From Planctomycetota bacterium (GTDB taxonomy: Bacteria > Planctomycetota > MHYJ01 > JACQXL01 > CAKKQI01), in the NCBI GenBank assembly GCA_030633885.1, contig DAOWBV010000002.1, positions 1-47,435 on the forward strand: DNA of 47,435 bases. The letters run 5' to 3'. Under the pieces are notes generated by a model. That model had not been told where the DNA came from. It did no database searches and was given only the letters and a program-made list of their open reading frames with translations. Below, in pieces: positions 9,329-17,740 of the stretch; within the stretch, counting starts at the first letter, position 1; each line of letters opens with the position of its first letter. The position numbers and the translations under genes are program-made.

Positions 9329-10636
9329 TTGACGCGAATACCGCAACGAACGATCAAAAAAGAAGTATCTTTTGAAAACAAGGCCCTCTTTTCCGGTCAG
9401 AAGGTCAAGCTGACCCTGCGTTCGGCCCCGGCTGATACGGGCGTGATTTTTATCCGGACTGATCTGCCCGGGAAACCGCAAGTTGCGGCCGTCGCCGGTA
9501 ATATTACTTCCCATTATCGTCGGACCGGGGTCCAGAAAAACGGGGCGGCGGTAGAGACGATCGAGCATCTCCTGGCCGCCGTTAACGGCCTGGGGATAGA
9601 TAATCTTTTTATTGATATTAACGCTTCCGAAATGCCCGGGACCGACGGTAGCTCTCAACCGTTTGTTGAACTACTGAATGAAGCTGGCTTGACAGAACAG
9701 GATGTAGTCCAGGATGTCCTGGCGCTACCCAAAGCGGTTTCTTTTTCGCAGGGTGAGTCTTCCCTGGTGGCCCTGCCGCCGGAAAAAGGAGTTGAGGGTT
9801 TAACGATTGATTATACGCTCAAATATGATGCTCCGTTGATCGGCACTCAATACTTAACCGTTCACATCACCCCGGAAAGTTTTGTCAAAGAACTGGCCAG
9901 CAGCCGGACTTTTTGCCTGAAATCAGAAGTCGATCATTTTCTTAAGAAAGGATTAGGTAAAGGAGCCAGCTATGATAATACCCTGGTGGTCGATGAGGAT
10001 AAAGTGATCAAAAACAAACTGCGGTTCAAAGATGAGTTTGTCCGTCACAAAATACTGGATTTGGTGGGTGATCTGGCTCTGGTTGGTCGGCGGTTCAGCG
10101 CCCGGATCATCGCGGTTAAAACCGGACACGAGCATAATGTTAAATTTGTTGAAGAGTTGTCTAAAGTTTTAACCGAGGCCCAGCCCGGATCGGCTACCAA
10201 GACCTGGCTGGATGTACGCGAGATCCAGAATATTCTGCCGCATCGTTATCCTTTTCTGCTGATCGATAAGATCATTGAAATGGAAGGTTACAACCGGATC
10301 GTCGGGATCAAGAACGTCACGGTCAACGAACCGTTTTTTATGGGTCATTTTCCCGGTCAGCCGATCATGCCGGGCGTGTTGCAGTTGGAAGCTATGGTCC
10401 AATTGGGGGCCGTGCTCCTCTTGCGCCGGTCCGGGGCGACAAAAAAATTAGGCGTTTTGCTTTCCCTGGACAAAGTTAAATTCCGTAAGTCCGTCGTGCC
10501 CGGTGATCAGTTAAGAATTGAAGCGGAAACGATAAAAAGTAAGACCCGGACAGCTGAGATCCAGGCCCGGGCCCTGGTCGATGGCGAGTTGGCCTCCGAA
10601 GCGTCTATTAAGTTTATCTTAGTTGATAAGGAATAA
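9329..10636 (+). CDS. lpxC/fabZ: Bifunctional LpxC (UDP-3-O-acyl-GlcNAc deacetylase) / FabZ (3-hydroxyacyl-ACP dehydratase) fusion
   Basis: The N-terminal ~290 aa are LpxC-like (TIKKEVSF..., HEHNVKFV). The C-terminal part has the FabZ hot-dog motifs LPHRYPFLLIDKI and FFMGHFPGQPIMPGVL. Confidence 0.9.
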   Translation: MTRIPQRTIKKEVSFENKALFSGQKVKLTLRSAPADTGVIFIRTDLPGKPQVAAVAGNITSHYRRTGVQKNGAAVETIEHLLAAVNGLGIDNLFIDINASEMPGTDGSSQPFVELLNEAGLTEQDVVQDVLALPKAVSFSQGESSLVALPPEKGVEGLTIDYTLKYDAPLIGTQYLTVHITPESFVKELASSRTFCLKSEVDHFLKKGLGKGASYDNTLVVDEDKVIKNKLRFKDEFVRHKILDLVGDLALVGRRFSARIIAVKTGHEHNVKFVEELSKVLTEAQPGSATKTWLDVREIQNILPHRYPFLLIDKIIEMEGYNRIVGIKNVTVNEPFFMGHFPGQPIMPGVLQLEAMVQLGAVLLLRRSGATKKLGVLLSLDKVKFRKSVVPGDQLRIEAETIKSKTRTAEIQARALVDGELASEASIKFILVDKE

Positions 10637-10639
10637 ATT

Positions 10640-11515
10640 ATGTCCGTAATTCATCCCACGGCACAAGTCAGTCCCAAGGCCAGGATTGCCGACGATGTGG
10701 AAGTCGGAGCTTTTGCTTTGATCGGCGATGATGTCCAGATCGGCCGGGGTTGCCAGGTCCAGCATCACAGTACCGTGGAAGGCCAAACAACTTTAGGTGA
10801 AAATAATATTGTTTATCCTTACGCTTCGGTCGGGTCAGCGCCGCAGGATATCAGTTATAAGAACGAACCGACCAGATTAAGGATCGGCAACAACAATGTT
10901 TTCCGGGAATTTGTGACCATTAACCGGGCGACGTTGAAAGAAAAAAGCGAAACGGTGATCGGTAACAATTGTTTCTTTATGGCCTACGCGCATGTGGCCC
11001 ACGATTGTTTTTTAGGGGATAATATTGTTATCGCTAACGGCGTTCAGTTAGGTGGTCATGTGAGATTAGGTAATTACGCTGCGCTCGGCGGACTGGCCGG
11101 GGTGCACCATTTTGTCAGTATTGGCGAGTACGCTTTCATTGCCGGCATGGCCCGGGTGCTGAAAGATATCCCGCCTTTTATGATGGCCGATGGCCGGCCG
11201 GCCCGGGTGCGGGCCGTCAATACCATTGGTCTGGGCCGACGCGGTTTCAGTAACGAACAGGTTAAAGCGATCAAAGAGTCCCACAAACTTATTTGGCGGT
11301 CCGACTATACGACCGGCCAGGCTTTAAATATATTAGAAGAACAGATCAATAATTCCGGCGATGATTTGCCGCCGGATACACCAAAAATTCCACATATTGA
11401 ATCCGCTAAAGAAGAGATTCGCAAGTTGATTGACTTTATCCGGCATATGGAAAGAGGCCAACAGGGACGCGGCCTGGAAGCCCACCGGAAAATTCCCGCT
11501 CGAAGAAAATCTTAA
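10640..11515 (+). CDS. lpxA: Acyl-ACP:UDP-GlcNAc O-acyltransferase LpxA
   Basis: IHPTA start, hexapeptide repeats and a C-terminal helical domain. Roughly 30 aa basic C-terminal extension. Confidence 0.9.
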   Translation: MSVIHPTAQVSPKARIADDVEVGAFALIGDDVQIGRGCQVQHHSTVEGQTTLGENNIVYPYASVGSAPQDISYKNEPTRLRIGNNNVFREFVTINRATLKEKSETVIGNNCFFMAYAHVAHDCFLGDNIVIANGVQLGGHVRLGNYAALGGLAGVHHFVSIGEYAFIAGMARVLKDIPPFMMADGRPARVRAVNTIGLGRRGFSNEQVKAIKESHKLIWRSDYTTGQALNILEEQINNSGDDLPPDTPKIPHIESAKEEIRKLIDFIRHMERGQQGRGLEAHRKIPARRKS

Positions 11516-11518
11516 TTT

Positions 11519-12157
11519 CTACTTATCAAAATAATCATCCGCTTGTTTAGTATATTTCAGCAGAGCTTTTTCTACTTCCTCTTGTTTAAGAGCGATCATT
11601 TTTTCATCGGCGTTGGCCGGAACGGTGATTGGTTCTCCAAGAATGACTACCGCTGAAGTGAATAGTCTGGGGAATTGATATTTATCCCATGAGCGGGTAA
11701 AGATACGGCGGTGTTTAGCCCGGCTGGTTAAAGGGATGATGACGCAACCGGTTTTAGACGCCAGATAAACCACGCCTGGTTTTACTTTATGAATCGGTCC
11801 GCGAGGTCCGTCAACGGCAAATGCGGAGTTACGGTCTTTTTTGACCGCTTTAATCATGCCGACTAATCCTCTTAACGCGCCTCGGCTACTCGATCCAGCC
11901 ACAGGATGATGACCAAGCATTCTCAAAATAGTATCCTGTAATCGTCCATCGCGGCTGAGGCTGGTCATAATGGCGACACTGTCTTTGACCCAGTTGATTA
12001 ACAGGAACTGCCGACCGTGCCAGAAAGCGTAAACGAATCTTTGGCCGGACTTAATGCAGTTATTACGGACTTCTTTGTTAATTGTTTTAATCTTTATTGT
12101 TCCGTGAACAACTTTGATCAAAAGCCAGCCCAGAAGAGAGAGGATCCTGTTTCTCAT
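11519..12157 (-). CDS. DUF374-family (lysophospholipid acyltransferase-like) protein, typically associated with Kdo/lipid A loci
   Basis: FWHGRQFLL...SRDGRL...SSSRGALRGL...VDGPRGP motifs, as remembered for DUF374. Convergent with lpxA, only 3 nt apart. Confidence 0.6.
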   Translation of the reverse strand: MRNRILSLLGWLLIKVVHGTIKIKTINKEVRNNCIKSGQRFVYAFWHGRQFLLINWVKDSVAIMTSLSRDGRLQDTILRMLGHHPVAGSSSRGALRGLVGMIKAVKKDRNSAFAVDGPRGPIHKVKPGVVYLASKTGCVIIPLTSRAKHRRIFTRSWDKYQFPRLFTSAVVILGEPITVPANADEKMIALKQEEVEKALLKYTKQADDYFDK

Positions 12158-12174
12158 ATTGCCTTGACTAGGGT

Positions 12175-12203
12175 ATTATATTTTGTTATTCTTTAGTTCA
12201 CAA
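12175..12203 (-). promoter_or_regulatory. Sigma70-type promoter for the DUF374 gene
   Basis: On the minus strand: TTGTGA (12203-12198), a 17-bp spacer, then TATAAT (12180-12175). It lies 17 nt upstream of the ATG at 12157, giving a very short leader. Confidence 0.4.
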
Positions 12204-12247
12204 GTTGATATTTAAGCATATTAGATCAGATTTTGAAATAAAATTTT

Positions 12248-13255
12248 ATGAAGAAAAAAATTAATGTCGCCGTGATCGGGGTCGGTCATTTAGGGAAAAA
12301 TCACGCCCGAATATTTAAATTATTAAAAGGGCTTAATCTTGTAGGAATAGTGGATGTTGATCAAGTTCGGGCGAAACAAATCGCCAGTGAATATCAGACC
12401 AGATATTATTTTAATCATAAATCATTACTGCGCGATCTTGGTTCTGAATTGGATGCCGTCAGTATTGTCACGCCAACAATGGCTCATTATCGTATCGCCA
12501 AAGATTTTATTGGTCGCGGTATTCATACTTTTATTGAGAAACCTATTACTGACCGGGTCCCGGATGCTAAAAAGCTGGTTGCGTTAGCCCGGCGGCAGAA
12601 AACTGTGTTGCAAGTGGGGCACATTGAAAGATTTAATCCCGCTCTGGTCGCCGTTCAGCCTTATATTCGTAATCCTCGCTTTATTGAATGCCATCGGTTA
12701 GCACCTTTTTCTTTTCGGTCCATTGATATTGATGTTATTCTCGATCTGATGATCCATGATATTGATATTATTCTTTCGCTGGTCAAGAGTCCTTTGAAAA
12801 AGATCGACGCGACCGGGGTTAATATTTTTTCGACTAAAAAAGATCTGGCTAACGTCCGGCTTCTTTTTAAAAACAATTGCGTCGCTAATATTACGGCTTC
12901 CCGTGTTTCCGCCAAATCCATGAGGAAATTACGCGTTTTTTCACCGGAGGCCTATATTTCCGTTGATTACCTGGATAAAACTGTTCAGGTCTACCGGAAA
13001 GCGCCGGACCTGCCGGCTCCGGAAAAATTATTGAGCACTTTTGACCCGGCCCGGATCAAGGACTTCAAAAAGATGATGCTCCGGAAATTTTTACGGATCG
13101 AAAAACCAAAAATTTACGCCGGCGACCAGTTGCAACAGGAATTAACTTCTTTTGTTACCTGCCTGCGCCGGAGACAAAAACCAGTCGTATCCGGTGAGGA
13201 CGGACTCAAGGCTCTTGAAGTCGCTCAGCAAATCATCAAACAAATCATCAGATAA
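12248..13255 (+). CDS. Gfo/Idh/MocA-family NAD(P)-dependent oxidoreductase
   Basis: N-terminal Rossmann motif VAVIGVGHLGKNH and EKP motif FIEKPIT. Embedded between lpxA and lpxB. Confidence 0.75.
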   Translation: MKKKINVAVIGVGHLGKNHARIFKLLKGLNLVGIVDVDQVRAKQIASEYQTRYYFNHKSLLRDLGSELDAVSIVTPTMAHYRIAKDFIGRGIHTFIEKPITDRVPDAKKLVALARRQKTVLQVGHIERFNPALVAVQPYIRNPRFIECHRLAPFSFRSIDIDVILDLMIHDIDIILSLVKSPLKKIDATGVNIFSTKKDLANVRLLFKNNCVANITASRVSAKSMRKLRVFSPEAYISVDYLDKTVQVYRKAPDLPAPEKLLSTFDPARIKDFKKMMLRKFLRIEKPKIYAGDQLQQELTSFVTCLRRRQKPVVSGEDGLKALEVAQQIIKQIIR

Positions 13256-13258
13256 TCC

Positions 13259-14437
13259 ATGAAATCAATGCCGCCAAAAAAAATCCTGATTGTTGCCGGA
13301 GAAGCCTCCTCTGATTTGCACGGTTCAAACTTAGTCCGGGCCCTGAGGGAAAAGTGCCGGTCCAAAAAAATACCGTGCTTGAAAGTTATCGGCCTGGGCG
13401 GCCCAAGGATGCAAGCGGCCGGGGTGGAATTATTGTATGATTTGACCCGGCTGGCTTCGGCCGGCCTTGATCCGTTACGTAATTTTAATAAATTCACTCA
13501 AGTATTTCGGCAGGTGGTCATCAACGCCCGGCAGGAGAAGCCGGACCTGGCGGTATTAATTGACTTTCCTGATTTTAACCTGCGCCTGGCCGCAAAATTA
13601 AAGGAACAGAATATTCCAATTATTTATTACATTAGTCCTCAGATCTGGGCCTGGCGGCCGGGCCGGATCAAAACTATCGCCCGCCTGATCGATAAAATGC
13701 TGGTTATTTTTGAGTTTGAAGAAAAACTCTACCAAAAACATAAAATCCCGGTGGAATTTGTTGGTCATCCCTTGCTGGATGTAATTAGAACCGAAGTTCG
13801 AAGGCAGAAGTCAGAAGTTAGAAAACAATTAAGGTTAAAAAAAGATGATTTTGTGATGGGTTTGTTACCGGGTAGTCGGGAAACTGAAATAAAGCGCCAT
13901 TTGCCGGTGATGCTTGAGTCAGCCCGCCTGATAAAAAAAGATTGGCATAAAAAACAAATGGTTTTTTCTATTGCCGCTGCTCCAAAAATATCACCGGCTC
14001 TGATCAAACGCCTAACATCCAACTTCAATCTTCCGTGTAAAATATATTACAATCAGTCTTACGACGTTATTCAAGCCAGTGATCTGGTGATCACTTCTTC
14101 AGGGACGGCTACGATCGAAGCGGCCATTTTTGGAACGCCCATGATCGTCATCTACAAGGTTTCACTGTTGACCGCGTTGGCTTTCAGTCCGTTGATCAAA
14201 ACATCTTTTTACGCCATGGCTAATATCATTGCCGGGAAAAAAGTCGTGCCGGAACTAATCCAGCGCCAGGCCCGGCCGGAAAAGATCGCCGCGGCCGTTC
14301 TCCAGATATTACAACAAGACCAATTACCGCAGATTTCCCGCGAACTGGATACGGTCCGTCGCCGTTTGGGGTCTGCCGGAGCTTCCACCCGCGCGGCCAC
14401 CGCCATTCTTAATTTCCTTGCATTTCGCGATTTTTAG
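13259..14437 (+). CDS. lpxB: Lipid-A-disaccharide synthase LpxB
   Basis: ILIVAGEASSDLHGSNLVRAL N-terminal signature, PGSR motif, length of ~390 aa. Confidence 0.9.
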   Translation: MKSMPPKKILIVAGEASSDLHGSNLVRALREKCRSKKIPCLKVIGLGGPRMQAAGVELLYDLTRLASAGLDPLRNFNKFTQVFRQVVINARQEKPDLAVLIDFPDFNLRLAAKLKEQNIPIIYYISPQIWAWRPGRIKTIARLIDKMLVIFEFEEKLYQKHKIPVEFVGHPLLDVIRTEVRRQKSEVRKQLRLKKDDFVMGLLPGSRETEIKRHLPVMLESARLIKKDWHKKQMVFSIAAAPKISPALIKRLTSNFNLPCKIYYNQSYDVIQASDLVITSSGTATIEAAIFGTPMIVIYKVSLLTALAFSPLIKTSFYAMANIIAGKKVVPELIQRQARPEKIAAAVLQILQQDQLPQISRELDTVRRRLGSAGASTRAATAILNFLAFRDF

Positions 14438-14484
14438 GGTACAATACGACATTTCACTCGTATCTATTTTAATATAGGTGGGTT

Positions 14485-15441
14485 ATGGAATTACGATACG
14501 CGAAAGAAGTCCTGAAAACTGAAATGGCCGCTATCCGTTTGGTGGCCAGTCGGTTAAATAGTCATTTTGTCTTAGCTGTGCGTTTAATATTAAAATGTAA
14601 GGGTCGGGTCGTGGTTACCGGCATGGGGAAAGCCGGAATCATTGGTCAGAAAATCTCCGCGACCCTGGCCAGTACCGGCACTCCTTCTCTTTTTCTGCAT
14701 CCGGCGGAGGCCTATCATGGTGATCTGGGCCGGGTGACTAAGGATGATATTGTACTGGCTCTTTCCAATAGCGGGACGACCAATGAGATTATTCAATTAT
14801 TACCATCATTGAAAAAGATTGGCGTGAAAATTATTGCCGTTACCGGGTCCCGGAAATCACAGTTGGGTAAATACAGTAATGTCGTGTTGGAAATCGGTCG
14901 GGTCTCTGAGGCTTGTCACTGGGGGTTAGTTCCTTCAGCCAGTACGACGGCCATGTTGGCTTTAGGTGATGCGTTGTCTTTGACGGTCTTCCGGAACCGG
15001 AAATTGACCAAACGACAATACGCTTTGTATCATCCGGGCGGTGAATTAGGCCGGAAACTACTCCGGGTGAAAGAGATCATGCGTCAAGGTAAACAGAATC
15101 CGATAATCCCTGAGACCAAAACCGTCCAGGCCGCTTTACGAGCGATTACTAAAAGCCGGGCCGGGGCGATCAGCGTGGTGAATAAGCAAAAGAAATTGAC
15201 CGGTATTTTTACCGATGGCGACTTGCGCCGGCACGTCGGGTCCGATCCGCGTTGCCTGCAGGTCAGTATTAAAAAAATTATGACCCGCCGGCCGATCACG
15301 GTGGGACCGGAAAAATTAGCGGCCGAAGCCCTGCAGATCCTGCGCGATAAAAAGATCGATGAGATCCCGGTGGTTGATAAAAAAGGTAGACCAATCGGCA
15401 TGCTGGATGTTCAGGACCTGCTTAGCGCCGGTATCGTATAA
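14485..15441 (+). CDS. kdsD: Arabinose-5-phosphate isomerase (KdsD/KpsF; SIS plus tandem CBS domains)
   Basis: GMGKAGIIGQKISATLASTGTPSLFLHPAEAYHGDLG SIS motif, with a C-terminal CBS pair. Confidence 0.9.
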   Translation: MELRYAKEVLKTEMAAIRLVASRLNSHFVLAVRLILKCKGRVVVTGMGKAGIIGQKISATLASTGTPSLFLHPAEAYHGDLGRVTKDDIVLALSNSGTTNEIIQLLPSLKKIGVKIIAVTGSRKSQLGKYSNVVLEIGRVSEACHWGLVPSASTTAMLALGDALSLTVFRNRKLTKRQYALYHPGGELGRKLLRVKEIMRQGKQNPIIPETKTVQAALRAITKSRAGAISVVNKQKKLTGIFTDGDLRRHVGSDPRCLQVSIKKIMTRRPITVGPEKLAAEALQILRDKKIDEIPVVDKKGRPIGMLDVQDLLSAGIV

Positions 15442-15456
15442 TTTTTTAAAGTAGTT

Positions 15457-15589
15457 CGGTAAAGGTAAGGGTTAAGAAACCAGCATGGTGTTTGGGATAG
15501 GGTAAGGTTAAAACAGACCAACGACTTAACCTATTGCCCAAACCGGCACCCCTGCCTGCGGCAGGCAGGTTGACCTTAACCATAACCGG
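15457..15589 (+). other. Nested inverted-repeat (multi-stem) element in the kdsD-kdsC spacer
   Basis: F1 (15457-15476) pairs with R2 (15574-15589). F2 (15490-15511) pairs with R1 (15526-15543) as two 7-bp helices. There is also a 19-nt GC palindrome CCTGCCTGCGGCAGGCAGG (15551-15569). The core motif TAAGGTTAA recurs in both orientations. Confidence 0.45.
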
Positions 15590-15618
15590 ATAACCTGATT
15601 ATTTAAGGAAAATATCCT

Positions 15619-16131
15619 ATGAGTCTGAAACAGATCAAAATGATGATTATGGATGTTGATGGGGTTTTGACTAACGGTCAGATCGCGCTGGATGACCGGG
15701 GGATCGAAATAAAAATGTTTTACGTTCATGACGGAAGCGGGATCAAGTACCTGCAGCGAGTCGGTTTAAAGACGGCGATCATTACCGCTCGGCGTTCCCG
15801 GGCAGTTACCCATCGGGCCCGGGACCTGGGGATCAAAGATGTTTACCAGAATTATAAAAATAAAGTTCCGGCTCTGAGGAAATTGTTAAAGAAGTATAGA
15901 TTAAAAAGTCGAGAAGTATGTTATCTTGGTGATGACCTGCCGGATATTCCGGTCATGAAGTTAGTCGGTTACCCGGTAGCCGTTCGTAATGCTCGACCGG
16001 AAGTAAAAAAATGCGCTCGCTATATCACGCGCCGGAATGGCGGCGACGGCGCTGTTCGGGAAATGGTCGAAAAAATCCTCCGGGCCCAGCGAAAATGGAA
16101 GCTCATTCTGCACCGCTACGAAAAAATATGA
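15619..16131 (+). CDS. kdsC: KDO-8-phosphate phosphatase KdsC (HAD family)
   Basis: MDVDGVLTNG motif I, YLGDDLPD motif, ~170 aa. Follows kdsD. Confidence 0.9.
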   Translation: MSLKQIKMMIMDVDGVLTNGQIALDDRGIEIKMFYVHDGSGIKYLQRVGLKTAIITARRSRAVTHRARDLGIKDVYQNYKNKVPALRKLLKKYRLKSREVCYLGDDLPDIPVMKLVGYPVAVRNARPEVKKCARYITRRNGGDGAVREMVEKILRAQRKWKLILHRYEKI

Positions 16132-17738
16132 AAAAGATCACTGGCTTACTTATCACTTTAATAATTATCGGGCATGGGGTCTATCTCTGGTCCCAGTCGT
16201 CCGAACCGTCCCGGCCGAAACCGGTTGAGCTTTATCATGAAGCTACTAACTGGTCTTATTCTCATTATCAGGGTGACCGGTTAGCCTGGGAAGGAAAAGG
16301 TAAAAAAGCTCTCTTGAAAGGCGAGGCGGAGATCAAGGCTTCTGATTTTCAGTTGATTTATCATTATCTCAGCCAGGAAAATGATAATGGCCCGCCGGCC
16401 GAAGAGCTGATAAATTTTACGGCCGAACAGGGCTTAATTAATAAATTAATTAATCTGGTCGGTTTCCGGAACAAAGTTCACGTGAAAACAGAAAACCAAC
16501 TGGAGTTGCGGACCGAAGAGTTAACCGCTAATTTGGAAACGCAAGCTATTTCTTCCACGACCAGGATTATTTTGACTCAACCTGATCTGATCATTACCGG
16601 AACCGGGTTGTCTTCTCAGGTTAATCTTGATCGGATAAGTATCCACAAAAATGTTGAGACTTTACTACGGGGTAATAACCTGCCGTCTTTTTCCCTGTCA
16701 CCGGACGTTTTCGAAATACCGGTTGGTCAGGAAGAAGAAGTGACTATTCGGATTACCTGTACCGGGCCGCTGGAATTTGAAAAAATTCAAACGACCCCGG
16801 GCGAACATCCCCGCCAGCGGATAAATTTTAAAAACCAGGTCGTTTTCATCAGACAAACTAAGTCCGATCTGTTACTGGCGGAGACAAGACTTTACGCGGA
16901 TGACTTAGAGATTATTCTGACTAGTCGACCGGTTTCCGGCAGTCCGGAAACGGAATCCGTCGTTTCCCGTCTGGTCGCCACGGGTCATGTCCGGGTTGAA
17001 GATGGACTTACCCGGGCGTCTTGTCACCGCGTTAGCTGGAATGACTCAGCTCAGCAGGTATTTTTTGCCGGGGATGATGAACGGTTGGCGCAGATCACGC
17101 GGGCGGCTCAGTTTAACGGAAACGACCAGGCGAATCCAGAAACAGAACCGGCGATTATCCTCAATGCGCAGTTGATCGAAACCCGCACGGCGGAGGACAT
17201 TTTTATTCTGAAAGGTAAAAAAGAGGCCATATTTTTTAACCAGGAAAACAAAGCGGCCAATCAGCATAATAAGATTTATATTACCGCCAAGAAAGATGCG
17301 ATCATTTGCCTGAAAAAATTAAAAGCGTTTTTTAAGGAAACAGTCCGGGTTATCCAGAAAGATGAGTCGACGGGTCAGCCGGCGGATTCGGAGTCTACCT
17401 TAAGCGTGATGAAATCAGATCAGTTAACCTTGTTGCTGGATGATGAACGCAACGAGATCAAAAACGCTAAGGCCATGGGGCACGTTTTGATAATTAACAA
17501 AGACGGCAGTCAGATTAGCGGTAAAATGTTTGAGTGGGAACCGATGAATAATTTTTTTAAGATTAAGTCTGATTATCTGGTCAAAGTCTGGCACCAAAAT
17601 AATCTGATCAAAGCCAATGAGATTATTGTTTATACCAACTCAAAGATTGGTGGGCAAATCGGCAACTGGTCTAAAATCGAAGCCAAAAACAGGAACGGGA
17701 CGCCCGGCGTGATCAAGATACCCGAAGATAATAAATAG
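16128..17738 (+). CDS. N-terminally anchored LptC/LptA (OstA-like) family protein, unusually long (536 aa)
   Basis: The ATG at 16128 overlaps the kdsC stop (ATGA). Single N-terminal TM helix, then beta-rich repeats. Occupies the position after kdsC where lptC-lptA normally sit. The domain call is by context only. Confidence 0.5.
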   Translation: MKKITGLLITLIIIGHGVYLWSQSSEPSRPKPVELYHEATNWSYSHYQGDRLAWEGKGKKALLKGEAEIKASDFQLIYHYLSQENDNGPPAEELINFTAEQGLINKLINLVGFRNKVHVKTENQLELRTEELTANLETQAISSTTRIILTQPDLIITGTGLSSQVNLDRISIHKNVETLLRGNNLPSFSLSPDVFEIPVGQEEEVTIRITCTGPLEFEKIQTTPGEHPRQRINFKNQVVFIRQTKSDLLLAETRLYADDLEIILTSRPVSGSPETESVVSRLVATGHVRVEDGLTRASCHRVSWNDSAQQVFFAGDDERLAQITRAAQFNGNDQANPETEPAIILNAQLIETRTAEDIFILKGKKEAIFFNQENKAANQHNKIYITAKKDAIICLKKLKAFFKETVRVIQKDESTGQPADSESTLSVMKSDQLTLLLDDERNEIKNAKAMGHVLIINKDGSQISGKMFEWEPMNNFFKIKSDYLVKVWHQNNLIKANEIIVYTNSKIGGQIGNWSKIEAKNRNGTPGVIKIPEDNK

Positions 17739-17740
17739 TT

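Noticed and set aside
16011-16127. Upstream extension of the LptC/A-like ORF (start at 16011)
   Set aside because: It would overlap kdsC by 121 nt and encodes an Arg-rich, non-hydrophobic peptide. The ATG at 16128 gives an ATGA overlap with the kdsC stop and a proper N-terminal TM anchor.
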